A stretch of 64,000 nucleotides of DNA, taken from positions 15,252,001 to 15,316,000 of the forward strand of contig CM022672.1 in the NCBI GenBank assembly GCA_012295275.1. Direction: 5' to 3'. Position 1 is the first letter of the stretch, and each line of letters begins with the position of its first letter. Below the pieces are notes generated by a model, which saw only the letters and a list, made by a program, of their open reading frames with translations, did not search any database and was not told the DNA's origin. Source of the stretch: Chrysomallon squamiferum (Eukaryota > Animalia > Mollusca). Positions 13,395 to 27,103 of this stretch are shown piece after piece. The position numbers and the translations under genes are program-made.

Positions 13395-13496
<102 letters not shown>

Positions 13497-14602
13497 GAGT
13501 TTAAAGGTAAATAATTCAGTGTAGGGAAAAACGAAATTAGATGCTATTTTAAATGAACATAATTTAAGAGTCATCCTTCTGGTTAAAAAAAGATAAAAGG
13601 AGGACTATTGCAGGTGTTACTGCTGCTACTTCTGTTACTAATACTACTACTCCTGTAGATGTGCTGCTACAACACCTTTTCAAATGACTCTCTTTCTCTC
13701 ACTCTATCCTCTCTTATTCATTCTTTGTTCTCTCTTATTATATATATATATATATATATATATGAATGTAAGTATCTGTATATAATAACCTTGCTAAGTA
13801 AAAAATGAATGAATAAAAGAAACCACACAACGAGTTACAGATCCTACTTGTGTTGTTCTCTGGGTCACCGAGTTCTGCAAGCTACCTCATCACATCAAGA
13901 AGTGGACCATTAAAGTGTAAATAATTTGTTGCGTCCCCGAAAACTCTTCGTTTCCGACTGAGAACAACAACAACAACAACAACAATAAATAAATAAATAA
14001 ATAAATAATAAAAAGTATTTTAAAAAATGTTGACTTCCTTAATAATGCTATCGCTTTCGTCATAAGGTTTTTGATACGTATTTCTGCCAATCAGAAGCAC
14101 AGACCTGTTTATTCGAATATAAGGGACAATTAATTACAGCTGCATGAATAGATAAAACAGCAACAAATAGGAAATTACAATTTTTAATAGCCTAACATTA
14201 GGACAGCACTACTTGACTACTCGGGATCCGGTTCAGAAATAAATAGTCTTTGACTGACGTCTGTCACGGACAAATAATGTTAAACATGTACGTGCACGCC
14301 TGCAAGCACGTATACTTTGTATATTGTAAATAAAACTTGAAATTTTTTTTTTTTTAAATTGGAAAACCTAATAAAGAAAAAGAAGTTCTTTTATTCAGCA
14401 ATGAATTTTCGGTGACTCTAATGAATTTTTGGGAACTAATTTGGAAACAGTTTAGTGGTAAACTCGTTTTTTGTTTTTTTTGTTTAATTTTTTTTTATTT
14501 ATTTGTTTATTTATCTATCTATTTATTTATTTAAATACATAAAAACAATAATAAAATGGTATCAGTGGACATTTTGTATTAATATTTTAGTACTTATAAA
14601 AA

Positions 14603-14693
<91 letters not shown>

Positions 14694-14915
14694 CCAGGGT
14701 TAATTCATGGAACAAATAAAAAGAATAAATTAAAAAATGATCAATATTCTTATTAAATTTCTCTTAATTTACATATTTATTATATTATTTACATGTCAGT
14801 GATTATAATCAGTATATCCAGAATCAAAATAACCTTCCAGAACTTGTTTTAACTATTGTCAATAGTTATTTATTTAACCCGTAGTTTAATTCAAGTTTAT
14901 CAAGTGAATTAATGA

Positions 14916-14951
<36 letters not shown>

Positions 14952-15265
14952 TTAAAATAATGGTATATGAATAATAAAAAAAAAATAAATAAATAAAGCC
15001 ATAGTATTAAACAAAATTAATTTAATAAAAGAAAAAGAAACACAGCAGTGGTGTTAAATAAAACTAATAACGGACAGTCTGAGAGACATATTTGTTAGAT
15101 CAAAATTATTCAGCTTAAAATGTACTGAAGTGATATTAAAGAACTGCACCTTGTTTTCCGAAACGCTTTTTTTTTTTTTTTTCGACCTTGAACGAACAGG
15201 ATGCGATTTAAAAAAATTAAAACAAAATTAATTATTTTTTTTTTTTTAAAAACATAACGATAACG

Positions 15266-15290
15266 CCCAATAAACGAAATGTATAAAAAG
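15266..15290 (+). promoter_or_regulatory. Core promoter (CCAAT-like + TATAAAA) of HAAF/DPT-like gene 1
   Basis: TATAAAA at 15282-15288, about 60 nt before the ATG. The ACGAAAT(G)GTATAAAAA context is conserved at 28310 and 41260. Confidence 0.6.
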
Positions 15291-15343
15291 TGGTTCCATC
15301 GACAAGACTGGTCACAAGGTGAAGCTCTTACCGTGACGATGAA

Positions 15344-15650
15344 ATGAAGGTAAATATAAGTTTTATTCTATTTTTATTTTATTTTATTTATTTTATTAAT
15401 TTTTTCTTTGTTTCGTTTTATTTTGATTTGTTTCAAGTAATTAGAAATTCAGTATTCCACAATGATTCGTCTAGGACTTTTTATTTGGGATAAGAAATAG
15501 TAATTCTGTTTTCCTTTATATATTTCTATTTTTGTTTAATGTTAAATAAGGTAGAGACTTTTTAACTTCTTTTTTTCTTCTTCTTCTTCTCATTCACATT
15601 TATAAATATTTCGAAATATATATAACGTCAATTATTAATAGTTATTTTTG

Positions 15651-15737
<87 letters not shown>

Positions 15738-17189
15738 CTATACACCACTATAACCAGATACAAACACACACACACACACAAACACACAGACAAAAACACG
15801 CCTACGTGTGCACATCTGTGTATATATTCATGCATATTTACATCTTACACATATATTTGTACATATCTAAATATACACATACATACATAGACACCTATTC
15901 ACAAAAACACACACATGCCCAAACTAATATACACACACATACACACTCCTATATATGTACATGATATAATCAAATAGTTCATGATTATCATTATTATTTT
16001 CTTCGCAAGTTCCCAGTCTACTTAGCTGTGCTTTTATGCACCGTCTGTGCTGTACACTCGTGGGAAAACTGGTGGGATCAACCATTTACATACATTTGCA
16101 GTGCCGGATGGAGCATCAGAAAAATTACCAGTTACCACAACAACCATTATGAGGACAGACTGTGGTCGTTTGACTGTGTCAACACTGGAGCGAAATCGGG
16201 TTGCTCCTGGTCGGGTATTTGAAAAAATAGGCGATTTTTCAAGTCGTAGTGAGATCTCTTTAGTTTTGTAAGTCCATAATAGTAGCTCAGACGTCATCTT
16301 TATCAGATGCAGGATTCGTCCTCTTTGACAGGTGCAGGGTAAGTCCACTTAGACAGGTGCAGGGTAAGTCCACTTAGACAGGTGTAGGGTAAGTCCACTT
16401 AGACAGGTGCAGGGTAAGTCCACTTAGACAGGTGTAGGGTAAGTCCATTGTGACAGGCGCAGGGTAAGTCCACTTAGACAGGTGCAGGATAAGTCCACTT
16501 AGACAGGTGCATGGTAAGTCCACTTAGACAGGTGTAGAGTAAGTCCACTTAGACAGGTGCAGGATAAGTCCACTTAGACAGGTGCAGGGTAAGTCCACTT
16601 AGACAAGCGCAGGGTAAGTCCACTTAGACAGGCGCAGGGGAAGTCTACTTTGAAAAGTGCAGGGTAAGACCAGTTTGACATTTGCAGGGGAAGTCTACTT
16701 TGAAAAGTGCAGGGTAAGTCCACTTAGACAGGCGCAGGGTAAGTCCACTTAGACAGGCGCAGGGGAAGTCTACTTTGAAAAATGCAGGATAAGACCAGTT
16801 TGAAATTTGCAGGGTAAGTCCTCTTTGACAGGCGCAGAGTAAGTCTACTTTGACATGTGCAGGATAAGTCCTCTTTGACACATGCATGTACGTCCTTTTG
16901 CTAGATGCAAGGTTAGTTGTTTTTTGCACGGTGCAAGATAAATCCTCTTTAACAGGTACATGACAAATCCTCATTGTCAGATGCAGAGTAAATCCTTGGT
17001 ATGTCCTAACAGTCCTCAAAATTCATTGTGTATTAAAACAGTGCAAATAATAATGCATTTTTGTGTTGTTGTTTTTTCTGAAGATTTTTTCCAAAAAAGG
17101 GATTCTTTTTTTATCCTAAAGATTATAAATAGGATAAAAAAATTGTAATTTTCATTTTACCAAAAACAGCAATTTACAAATCTGCTTCG

Positions 17190-17230
<41 letters not shown>

Positions 17231-17961
17231 TACTGTTATTTATTTTTCATATTGACATTTTTGGTAAAATATTTTTGAAGCAATAGATTTTATTTATTTC
17301 ATTTTTGTCACTGCTTAGGATATGTGAACTCGTTTGATGATCCAGTGCTATATCAGTGTCCAAGCAATGGCGTCATTACTGGCATCAGCAGCTACCACAA
17401 AAACCATTACGAAGACAGACGTTTTAAGTTCCGTTGCTGTTCCATACCAGGTTGTCCACTGAAATTTATCTGAAATAGAAAAAAAATCATCATCATCATC
17501 ATCATCATTATTATTGATGACTGAAATAAGTCTTAATACTACTACCACCATTACCGTCACTTTTACTCTAATATTATTACTAGTATTATTATATTATTAT
17601 CAGAACTACTACTACTACTACTACTACGACGACGACTACTACTACTACTGCTACTACCAGTACTATTACTATCGTCACTATTATTAAAATTACTATGCAC
17701 TTCTATTACTCACTACTACCGCTACAACTGGTACTACTACCACAACTACAACCACTGCTGCTGCTACTACTACTACTCCTACCATTATTATTATACACTT
17801 TTATTACTTTATTACTAGTATTACTACCACTACTACTGCTACTACTACTACTACTACTACCACCACAGTTATTACTATTCCTAATACTGCTATTACTATG
17901 GTGATAAACTTTAACGATGGTAAAGGTGGTGCCGGTGCTGCTATTGCTGCTGCTGCTGATT

Positions 17962-17994
<33 letters not shown>

Positions 17995-18516
17995 CCTATT
18001 ATTATAATTATTATTTTTGTTGTTGTTGTTGTTGTTATATCTGGTTTATTTCAGGTAAAACACTGAGGAACTGTAGGTTTACTGACGAATACCTGAACAC
18101 TTTTGACGGTTACCTTAATTATTACGTTCCTAGTAACAAGGTTCTGAAAGGTGCTTTCAGTTACCACAGTAACCATCATGAGTAAGTACAATATTATTTT
18201 AAACAAACAAACAAACAAATAAATAAATAAAAGAATAAAAGAATAAATAAGTAAGTAAGTAAGAAAATAAATAAATAAATAAATAAAAGTAACCATCAAA
18301 CAAATTTATACAACTACCAGTACTATTACTACAACTACCATGAATGTATTTTTATTACTGTTATTACTATTGTTGTTGTTGTTGTTTCTTCTACTACTAT
18401 TATTATTATTACCACTGCTAATATTTATATTATTACTGTTATCGCTATTATTATTATTATTATTATTATTTGATAGAGACAGACGGTGGAAATTTGAAGT
18501 CTGTGACAAGCCATAA
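15344..18516 (+). CDS. Hemagglutinin/amebocyte aggregation factor-like (dermatopontin family) secreted protein, gene 1, 169 aa; exons 15344-15349, 16010-16214, 17319-17450, 18055-18181, 18477-18516
   Basis: Signal peptide MKFPVYLAVLLCTVCAVHS, then three internal repeats ending SYHxNHxEDRxW/F (SYHNNHYEDRLW, SYHKNHYEDRRF, SYHSNHHEDRRW) with the conserved Cys pattern of DPT/HAAF. Splice phases 0,1,1,2 are consistent. Confidence 0.9.
16304..17000. repeat. 25-bp intronic minisatellite, about 27 units
   Basis: Unit GACAGGTGCAGGGTAAGTCCACTTA (starts 16327, 16352, 16377 and so on), degenerating toward the 3' end. Confidence 0.95.
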
Positions 18517-18557
18517 TTATAAATCCAGATGAATATCGTAAGTATTATAAATACATC

Positions 18558-18598
<41 letters not shown>

Positions 18599-18938
18599 GT
18601 GCGTGCGTATTAACCCGAGTTTCCTCGGAGAACAGGTTAAGACGGACATTTGGACGACAGCAATTTCGGGTGGTCTACTAATTTAACAATAATTTTGCCT
18701 GTACATTCCCTTAGAGCTGTTATTTTCGAACTCGCCAGTACAATAAAAAGTGTCATTTAGTCGTACATACACACACTACAAGACCCGTATCATAAAATCA
18801 CCGACTCGGGAATCGACCTAAATAGTGACGTAACGGTCAGCTGATTAACACGTGACAGCTTTCAGCGCGAAGCACGCGAGGGTTTCTCTCAATACACAGT
18901 AGGTGTTATATTGTACAAACGTATTTCATTAGTGTTTA

Positions 18939-19834
18939 CAGTATTCCCTCGCTATTCGCGGGGGTTACGTTCTTTACCCCCCCCCCCCGCGAATAGCGAA
19001 AAACCGCGAATATTGGATGCAGTTTTAAAACGTCTATTATGAGATTATATACGGTACTAAATGCTTCCCAAACACTTTCTAAAGACACTCTTACTCATTA
19101 ATACAGTAATAATGTAGTAATATTGCATGCAGTTATGTATTTCACTAATGTAGTAATGATAATGTAAACACATTTTAATTTTGTACTGAAACAATATTTT
19201 AATCAGAAAGAAACGTAAGTGCAGGAGGACAGTAACACCGCATAGCATAGTTACCCATACTGTATTACTGTACCGTAAAGTCATTTTCTATGCGTACAAC
19301 ATATGTATTAGAATTGACAGAAAGTGGAACAAATTTAAAGGCAAACAGACAGATAAATACAGTCGCACAGTTCAGGTAATAATAATACAATTCAGTAATA
19401 ATATGCAATTAAAAACATTATTAATACACGGTCACAAAAAATATGCACTGTACATACAGTGTATGCATTTATAAAAAAATACGTACTGTATTGCAATAAT
19501 AATTGAACAAATTTGATATTGTTTGTGCTGTCACCAATAATGAATGATAATAAAATGATGATGAAATTTGCAGTGCCATACGATGATGATGATAACACTA
19601 ATGTACAGTATGGCACAGCTTAGCTGCTGCTTTACAGCACTTTAGGTAATTATTCCTACTCTTCAGGCACTTAAGTCTCTATGACCTACAAAAACCCGGT
19701 TTACTGAGCATTTGTTTTTATGACGTTATGATGCTAGCCTGGTATACCAGCATACGATGCGATAGGGTTAAGAGCCTAACCCGCGAATATGCGGGGCCGC
19801 GAATGGGGAACCGCGAATAGGTGAGGGTATACTG
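18939..19834. mobile_element. Non-autonomous Tc1/mariner-pogo (Tigger-type) MITE, 896 bp
   Basis: TA|CAGTATTCCCTCGCTATTCGCGG ... CCGCGAATAGGTGAGGGTATACTG|TA, i.e. terminal inverted repeats with a TA TSD and subterminal CCGCGAATA repeats. The paralogous sites (~31930, ~52940) are empty. Confidence 0.88.
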
Positions 19835-19986
19835 TAATTGATGGTTTATACCTGAAACGATGTCTGTGTGTGTGTATGTGTCTATTTGTCTGTTTGCATT
19901 TGTATGTATGTATGTATGTATTGTGGACGTATTTATAAAAGTATGTTTTTATGTCTGTATAAATGTTTCTGATTTCTGCCTATATC

Positions 19987-20038
<52 letters not shown>

Positions 20039-20094
20039 TTATTATTATTATTATTATAGTAACCTTATACATTAATTTTTTTTTTCTTTTGCAG

Positions 20095-20220
20095 GCGAAT
20101 GCAGAGATTTCGTGGCCATTTTCTGCACTAAATATGTTAGGACTTCCTGTATTCTGCATACTCGTGTGTAGAGTTACTGTTATAAGCTTTCATTTAAACT
20201 GACGTTTAAATAAAATCTGT
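20095..20220 (+). other. Non-coding terminal (3'UTR) exon of HAAF/DPT-like gene 1 with AATAAA at 20209
   Basis: Donor C|GTAAGT at 18538 and acceptor TTTTGCAG at 20094. The exon sequence and AATAAA are conserved in all four paralogs (32139, 44488, 53186). Confidence 0.7.
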
Positions 20221-20310
20221 TCAATATTTTGTTTTATTATTCTTAATTAGATTAGCATATAATATTCTTATCAGATTGTAAAATAAAAAAATAATCTTCT
20301 TTGATTAACG

Positions 20311-20400
<90 letters not shown>

Positions 20401-23052
20401 ATTAAATAATGAAATGAGGAAAAATTATAAATGATACACGAAATCCATTCTATTCTTTCATAACTAAAGTTGGTTTGATATATACAAAACAATTAATATA
20501 TGTAAAATAGTACAAAAACCGCATTAAAAATAAAATATGAAAAAGGTAGAAAAAGCGTTGAAATATGCAGTTTCTTTCTTTTTGAGTTTAATGTTGAGTA
20601 ATTCAGTGTGGGAAGAAACACACGAAATTACGAGTTATTAACTAATTAACATAACTAAATAGTCATGCTTCTGGTTAAATAAAAGAAAAGAAAAAAGAAA
20701 GGAAACTATTAATAGCTAATATTACTATTACTACTGTTGCTGCCATTGCTACTACTGCTACTGGTATCACTGATCATGTTGCTGCTGCTGCTTTTACGAC
20801 TACTACTACTGAATAACACTAAAAAACAATTAAACAAACATTATTTCTAGGTGAAACAAGAAGTGAGAAAATCATCGATCTATACTTAAGTACTCTTCAT
20901 TCTTTCAAAGACAACTGAAAATTTTAAAAACCGAATTTAGCCTTAAAATGGGTTCCAAAGTGCCAGATCTCCGCTATTTCAGAAACCATGTGACCTGAAG
21001 GATAGAAAAGGTTTATCTTTAACATCAAATGAAGGCTGTACAATGGTTAAGAAAAATATTGATTTTACCTAGGTCACATCTTTACTCACAAAACTGTCCC
21101 ATTAACTAAAATGGTTCAAATGAAATATTAATTACCATTAAATTTAAACAAGCAAGTAGGAAATCCAGATTTTGATGTTTGTTTAAAGTAGATAATATCA
21201 AAACCAAATTAATAAATAAAAAGTCATGTCCCATGCGATAATGTAGACTCAGTCTTATACATACTAGTGTGCTGTTCAAAAAAAAACTTAAATGGACGTT
21301 ACATTTAGAGGGGTTGGAGGTCATTCCAAATGCCCTGATTATTAGAGTCGTACCCCGAAGAACGTAAGAGATTTGTCTATGTCCCAGTCTATTTGGTGTC
21401 ACAGGGAAAAGAACTCTGGGTTATCCATGAGCTGATGGGTAATCAGAAATTTGAGCGTTACGGATGCTACATTAAAACATTAGCAAAACTCAAAGTGAAA
21501 TAGCTACAGAAGACAACCAATTAAAAATTTAATATGAAATTAAAGAATAAGAAAACTTTTTCCATTAATTGAATGTGACGTAATTAACATTTTGTCGGCT
21601 TACAAAAAATTAAGTTCCGTGTCCACCGAGAGAAGTGTTTGGTTAACTGTTGTTACGATAAAAACCTTTTAAAGCATGATCAGAATCACGAATTGGATTT
21701 GATGACCTAACGATACTTTCAAAGACATGTAAAATTATACACCAAACATTTACCAATGGATCTGTTATCCTTCAACTACCTAAAATTATTCAAAAGATAA
21801 TGTTCTTTTAGTAATGTTAGGTTGAAGCTAAGAAAAACATGACCACAGTTTTAGAAAACCATAGCAGGGAAACCATTCATTCAAGTAAAAAAATAGATAA
21901 CATTGTATGGTATCGATTCATTGAAATTAATAGACTGGAAAGGACCAGACTAAGTCCACTGTATGTCATATTTAGGGTTAATGTGTTAAATCTATGGTTA
22001 ATTGACATCGGATAAACTTGCTCCCTCCAAGGATCTTTTTCTCTGATCTTGATGGTAACTTTTCCATCATATAGAAAAGTCTGTTCTCTTTAGATAGCTA
22101 TTTCCAGATGGTACCATCATGAATGTACTCGATCGTTTCAGGTTTTGGCTACATACGTTCAGAAAATGATTTAAGCTTCTATATTCTTTGAAATGATACT
22201 ACATTATGAAGCCAGTTCGCAGCTTTGAAATTATGTAATACAGGTTGCTGTCAGAACCAAGTGTAAATCAGTATCAGTCAACAAAATGTTTCAGTCTTAT
22301 TCTGAAAATTACGAGTTTTGTGAATACATTTTGGCCTTTCCATAATGAAATAATGAAATTTGAATATAAAACGAAATGGAATTTTAGTATTGTTACTGTT
22401 ATAGCTATCTTATTTTGTTTATTGTTTTCTTATTAGTGTTATTGTTGCTGTTGTTATTTTTGTTATTGCTGCTGTTGGTTTTTTTAATTTATTATCTTAA
22501 CATAAATTATTTCATTTTATTTTATTTATATTATTTGATTAATATAGTTATTTTATTAATTTGTTTCTTTCTTTATTTCAATGTGAATAGTGATTTTATT
22601 TTCTGTTTTCATATCAATAAACACTCTCTCTTACAGATTATTATAAAATTTACATTAGTAAATGCATTGAATAAATTCGTTTATCCCGTATATAACATAA
22701 AAACAAACGATTGACAGAAAGAACCTTTTACGACCAGTAAATGAGAGGTCCTGTTGAGCAGCTATTGTCCTACACTGGATGCAAAACATCAGTGTACAAA
22801 CCTCAAGGTTAAGAACGAATATTCACCCTTTAATACAAAACATTCATTTTTAGAACAGATCTGTTTACGGGTTTAGTATACGGAGGTCACTTTTCATACA
22901 CTTGCTCGAATAAACAAGCGCAATAGTCGAGAAAGAGTTCTAAAAAATGTTTTAAGAAAACAACAGCAAAAGTTTAAAGCAGTGAGATAGGGAAATAATC
23001 GAAAGGAAAACAAATAGAAATTACGATTTAAAAAAAGAGGTCTATCTGCAAA

Positions 23053-23612
23053 ATGCTGCTAGAAATCATAATGAACAACTTGACCGCTCTAGTTCTTCTG
23101 ATGGGGATATTAGGAATCTGGTTATTTCTGAAGCGACCAAAAGGGATTCCCCCTGGACCCTGGCTGACCTTCCCTATCATTGGAAATCTTTTTCAAGTGG
23201 GTACCAACCCGGTGAAGTCGTTTAGAAAGGTGTCTTCCCATTTGGTAGAATTCCCAGTTCGTATAATTCCCATTTCGTAGAAAAAGCTGGTTTACCGCAA
23301 TGCCTGATTACCTCTGTATATAATGAACTTGGCCTGTGCATACATCTGGTTTCTTTCTAACATTCAGAGGGGGAGCGCATTGTTCCTAAATCGATTATGT
23401 AACATCAACCAAAAGCAGAATAAGCATTCACAACTCATTTGTTGTTGATTTATTACTTTTTCGTTATTTCATCATCTTCCTCCTTTTCATTATCATCATC
23501 ATAATTATCATCATCAACATTATTATTATTATTATAATATTATTACTATTATTATTGTTGTTATTATTATTATTGTTATTCTTCTTATTCTTCTTATTAT
23601 AATTACTGTTAC

Positions 23613-23661
<49 letters not shown>

Positions 23662-25442
23662 TTTTTTTTTTTTTTTAAACTGGTCATTTCTAATTCATAA
23701 ACATTTCATTTCCGTTACAAAACAAGCAACCAATAATAAACAATTTTACATCAATTTCATCTATTAAAATACAAAACGAAAAAAGAATGAAAGAAAAGAA
23801 AAATGGCTTGCTTCTGTAAGAGAATACGACAAAAATATTATAAATAACTAATTCAGCAAATATAATTTTTAACAAAACATATTTTACATATGAGTAATTT
23901 ACTTATATTCAGTAAATAGAGTATTTGAACGTCACATTTATCATTAACTTTTCGAATTCAACCGTATTCAGCTTAAACATGTACAAGATATCTGTTACTG
24001 ATCATATTTACTTTATGCACACATACATATTCAGATTGTGCACATATTATACAATATATGTGACATAGTATATTAATAGTGTGTACACTAAAGATATTAT
24101 GACCTGCAAATACTTTGGCTATGACTGAAAAAGTTTATACGAAGGACCAAATCATTGGGAATACTTTTAGATAAATACCTTCTTTTTTAATTATTTACAT
24201 TCACTATATTCGATACATAGATTATTTCGATATTTGTCATATTTGCATACTTTATGCGATAAGCAATATCCATACTACAATAATACCTCAGATTAAAGAT
24301 GTAATTGGTTCCAAAACTTCCAATAATTAAGTGAGGTAAGCGGGAGACTAATTTACATAGAATTAAGGTTAAAAGCAGTGGTTACTTTCTTGCTGATGAG
24401 ATCTGACATAAAAAAAAAAGGTGAAATAAGGAGAAATAAAACGGCAGTTTAGACATAAATGATTTAATAGATTGTAGATATTAAATAAACAGTAAATCAT
24501 TTACAAATCAATTTATACAAATACATTAAGAAATAAGTATATGCCGCTCATTGTGGGTTTGGTTTCATTTAAGATAATGTATTTTGTTTCTAAAGTTATT
24601 ATCTTCCGTTTCTTTTATCATCAGCATTTGCCGGTATACTGTTATTCGTTTTGACATATTGGAGGGGTAAAGTCAAAACAAGTTTAAGTCTAAATCGAAG
24701 CAGGAGACAAAAGAGAATCAGAATATCAGATGCACGTATGACGTGTCAACTGATCAACACAACTGAGAGAAGCTCGTGAATGAACGAAAAATTAAAGAAA
24801 AAGGACTTAAAAACATGCACTGTATACATTTGTATCATTGATTTCGAGCAATTAACTACTAAATTAAATTTCTATTTATATAATTTGTAAAGAAGAAAGA
24901 TTGTTAAAGCAGGATATCGTTAAGCGAGATGTTACTGTATTTGTACAATAATAATCGCTTTCCAAATAATCTGGAGCAGTTCATTAAAATGACTGAGGTA
25001 AAACCAAACATGTCAATAAGACCACTGAACCACATTTAGCCTTTCTACGAAATGGGATTCTACCATATGAGACTAAGCCGTTTAGAAAACTGAGAAGGAA
25101 ATACGGCGACGTGTTCAGTATTTATTTTTCTCGTAATCTCGTCATCGCTATCAACGGATATGACAATTTAAAAGATGCCTTTGTGAAAAATGGCGAATCT
25201 TTTACACAGAGGCCAGATGTATTGTTTTTGGATATCGTTTCAAAACATAAAGGAATTATAGGATCGAGTGGTGACGTCTGGAGAGAACAGAGAAAACTGG
25301 CACTGGTTACGCTGAAAAATTTGGGAATGGGAAAGAATGTTCTGGAAGATATATTCAAGAAGAAATCTATGCTTTTGTTGAGGAGAGTGAGGCCACAGAT
25401 TTCAATAATCTTATTGGCACTTCTGTATCTAATGTTATTTCT
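23053..25442 (+). pseudogene. Cytochrome P450 (CYP2 clan) 5' pseudogene (copy b), interrupted by a transposon and truncated
   Basis: MLLEIIMNNLTALVLL...PPGPWLTFPIIGNL...SFRK (23053-23229) resumes at 25080 as RKLRRKYGDVFS...WREQRK. It then has a frameshift at ~25350, a small deletion at ~25385, and truncation at ~25442 into sequence matching the 3' flank of copy c. Confidence 0.9.
23229..25079. mobile_element. Non-autonomous Mutator (MULE)-like DNA transposon, 1851 bp
   Basis: 9-bp TSD GTTTAGAAA (23220-23228 and 25080-25088), GG...CC termini, and imperfect TIRs built of TCCCATTTCGTAGAA repeats. Absent from the paralog at ~37218. Confidence 0.8.
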
Positions 25443-25515
25443 AGAATTTCATTATTTTAATATCCTTTGTAATTATTATAGAGTTGTACGTTAGTTCTCT
25501 CTTTGTTTTAGAAAT

Positions 25516-25599
<84 letters not shown>

Positions 25600-27059
25600 G
25601 AAACGACACACTATATAACAAATCCATTATACTGTTTTGTAATTAAAGTCAGAATAATTTTTAAAAATCAATTAGTACTACTTAAAAATAGAAAAAGGAA
25701 ACGGATTTAAAAATTAAAAAATGGTAGTAAAAGTGTTTTCAAGTATGCAGTTGATTTCTAAATTCATGTTTTTAGTTTTTAGTTTAATGCTAAACAATTC
25801 AATGTAGGAAAAACGAAACTGTATTTTATTTTAGATGAATATAATTTAGAAGTAAGATGAATATAATTTAGAAGTAATGCTTCTAGTTAAAAAATAAATT
25901 ATTAAGAAAACTATTATAGGTGCTCCCGCTAGTACAACTATTACTAACATTACTAATCCTGTAGTTGAGCTGCTACTATTACAACTACTAAAGGTTTTCA
26001 AATGACTCTCTCTTTCTCTCTCTCTCTATCATTCGTTCTTTATCTGTAAACAAATATCAATCTCTGGATAAACACACACACACACACACACACATACACA
26101 CATACATACATATATATATATATATATATCCATGCATACATCCGTGCATACAAACAACCATCTGTACACACATGTATGTATGGATGTATTCATGCATATG
26201 TAAGCAAAGTGGGATGTAGGCACAATTGGATGCACCCATGGAAATCACATAAAACTGATTAGAAGGATTAATCTAGCCTATCACTACTCAGTAATTTATA
26301 TAGAGCAAAAATACTTTTATTATAAGACAATTTGTTAATACTTTCGAACTATGAATACGTTAATGAGTGAATCTGACTTGATCTGCGGTTAGGCGCCTCT
26401 CTACAAGTAGTTTCGGCCAGTTCATCCTTCTTCGACTCTTCACTTTGATAAAAACCAGTTTGAGAAACCCCACAACGAGCTACAAATCCTGCTTGTGTTG
26501 CTCTCTGTGTCACCGAGCTCTGCAAGCTACCTCAACACATCAAGAAGTGGACAATGAAACAGACACGTTATTTTAAAGTAAAAATAATTTGTTGCGTCCC
26601 AGGAAACTTTTGTTTTCGACTGACACTATCAATAACAACAACAACAACAACCACAACAACAATAATAGTAATAACAATAATAAAAAAATAAAAAATAAAA
26701 AATAATTTATAAAACGTTGACTAACTTCATTAATAATTCTATCTTTTTCCTCATGAGCTTTTTCTTAATAATACTTCAGCCAATCAGAATCACCGACCTG
26801 TTTATTTAATATAGTGGACTGTTATTTTTACAGCTGGGTAAATAGATAAAACAGCAATAAATAGGAAATTACAATTTTAAATAGCCTAATATTAGCATAG
26901 AGCGACTTGACACCAAACCAGCCTCAGGGTCCTCTGCAGAAATAAATAGTCTTTATCAGGGATAAAACATTTTCAACACACACTCGCACGCATGCAAGAA
27001 CTGACACCTGGAAAGTAAAACTGAAATAATTCCTGGAAAAAAGAAACAAAAAACAGGAC

Positions 27060-27103
<44 letters not shown>

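Noticed and set aside
13820-13960. Conserved block (also ~26465, ~39740) with CTACCTCA (let-7 8mer site) and a faint hAT-like translation
   Set aside because: Conservation is explained by recent duplication, one copy lacks the full 8mer, and there is no evidence it lies in a transcript.
16011-16016. CCCAG as the exon-2 acceptor in the HAAF/DPT genes
   Set aside because: It is out of phase with exon 1 (ATG AAG|GT). The upstream CAAG acceptor gives an in-frame signal peptide in all four paralogs.
16645-17019. 124-aa minus-strand ORF
   Set aside because: Product of the 25-bp minisatellite; no splice or start context.
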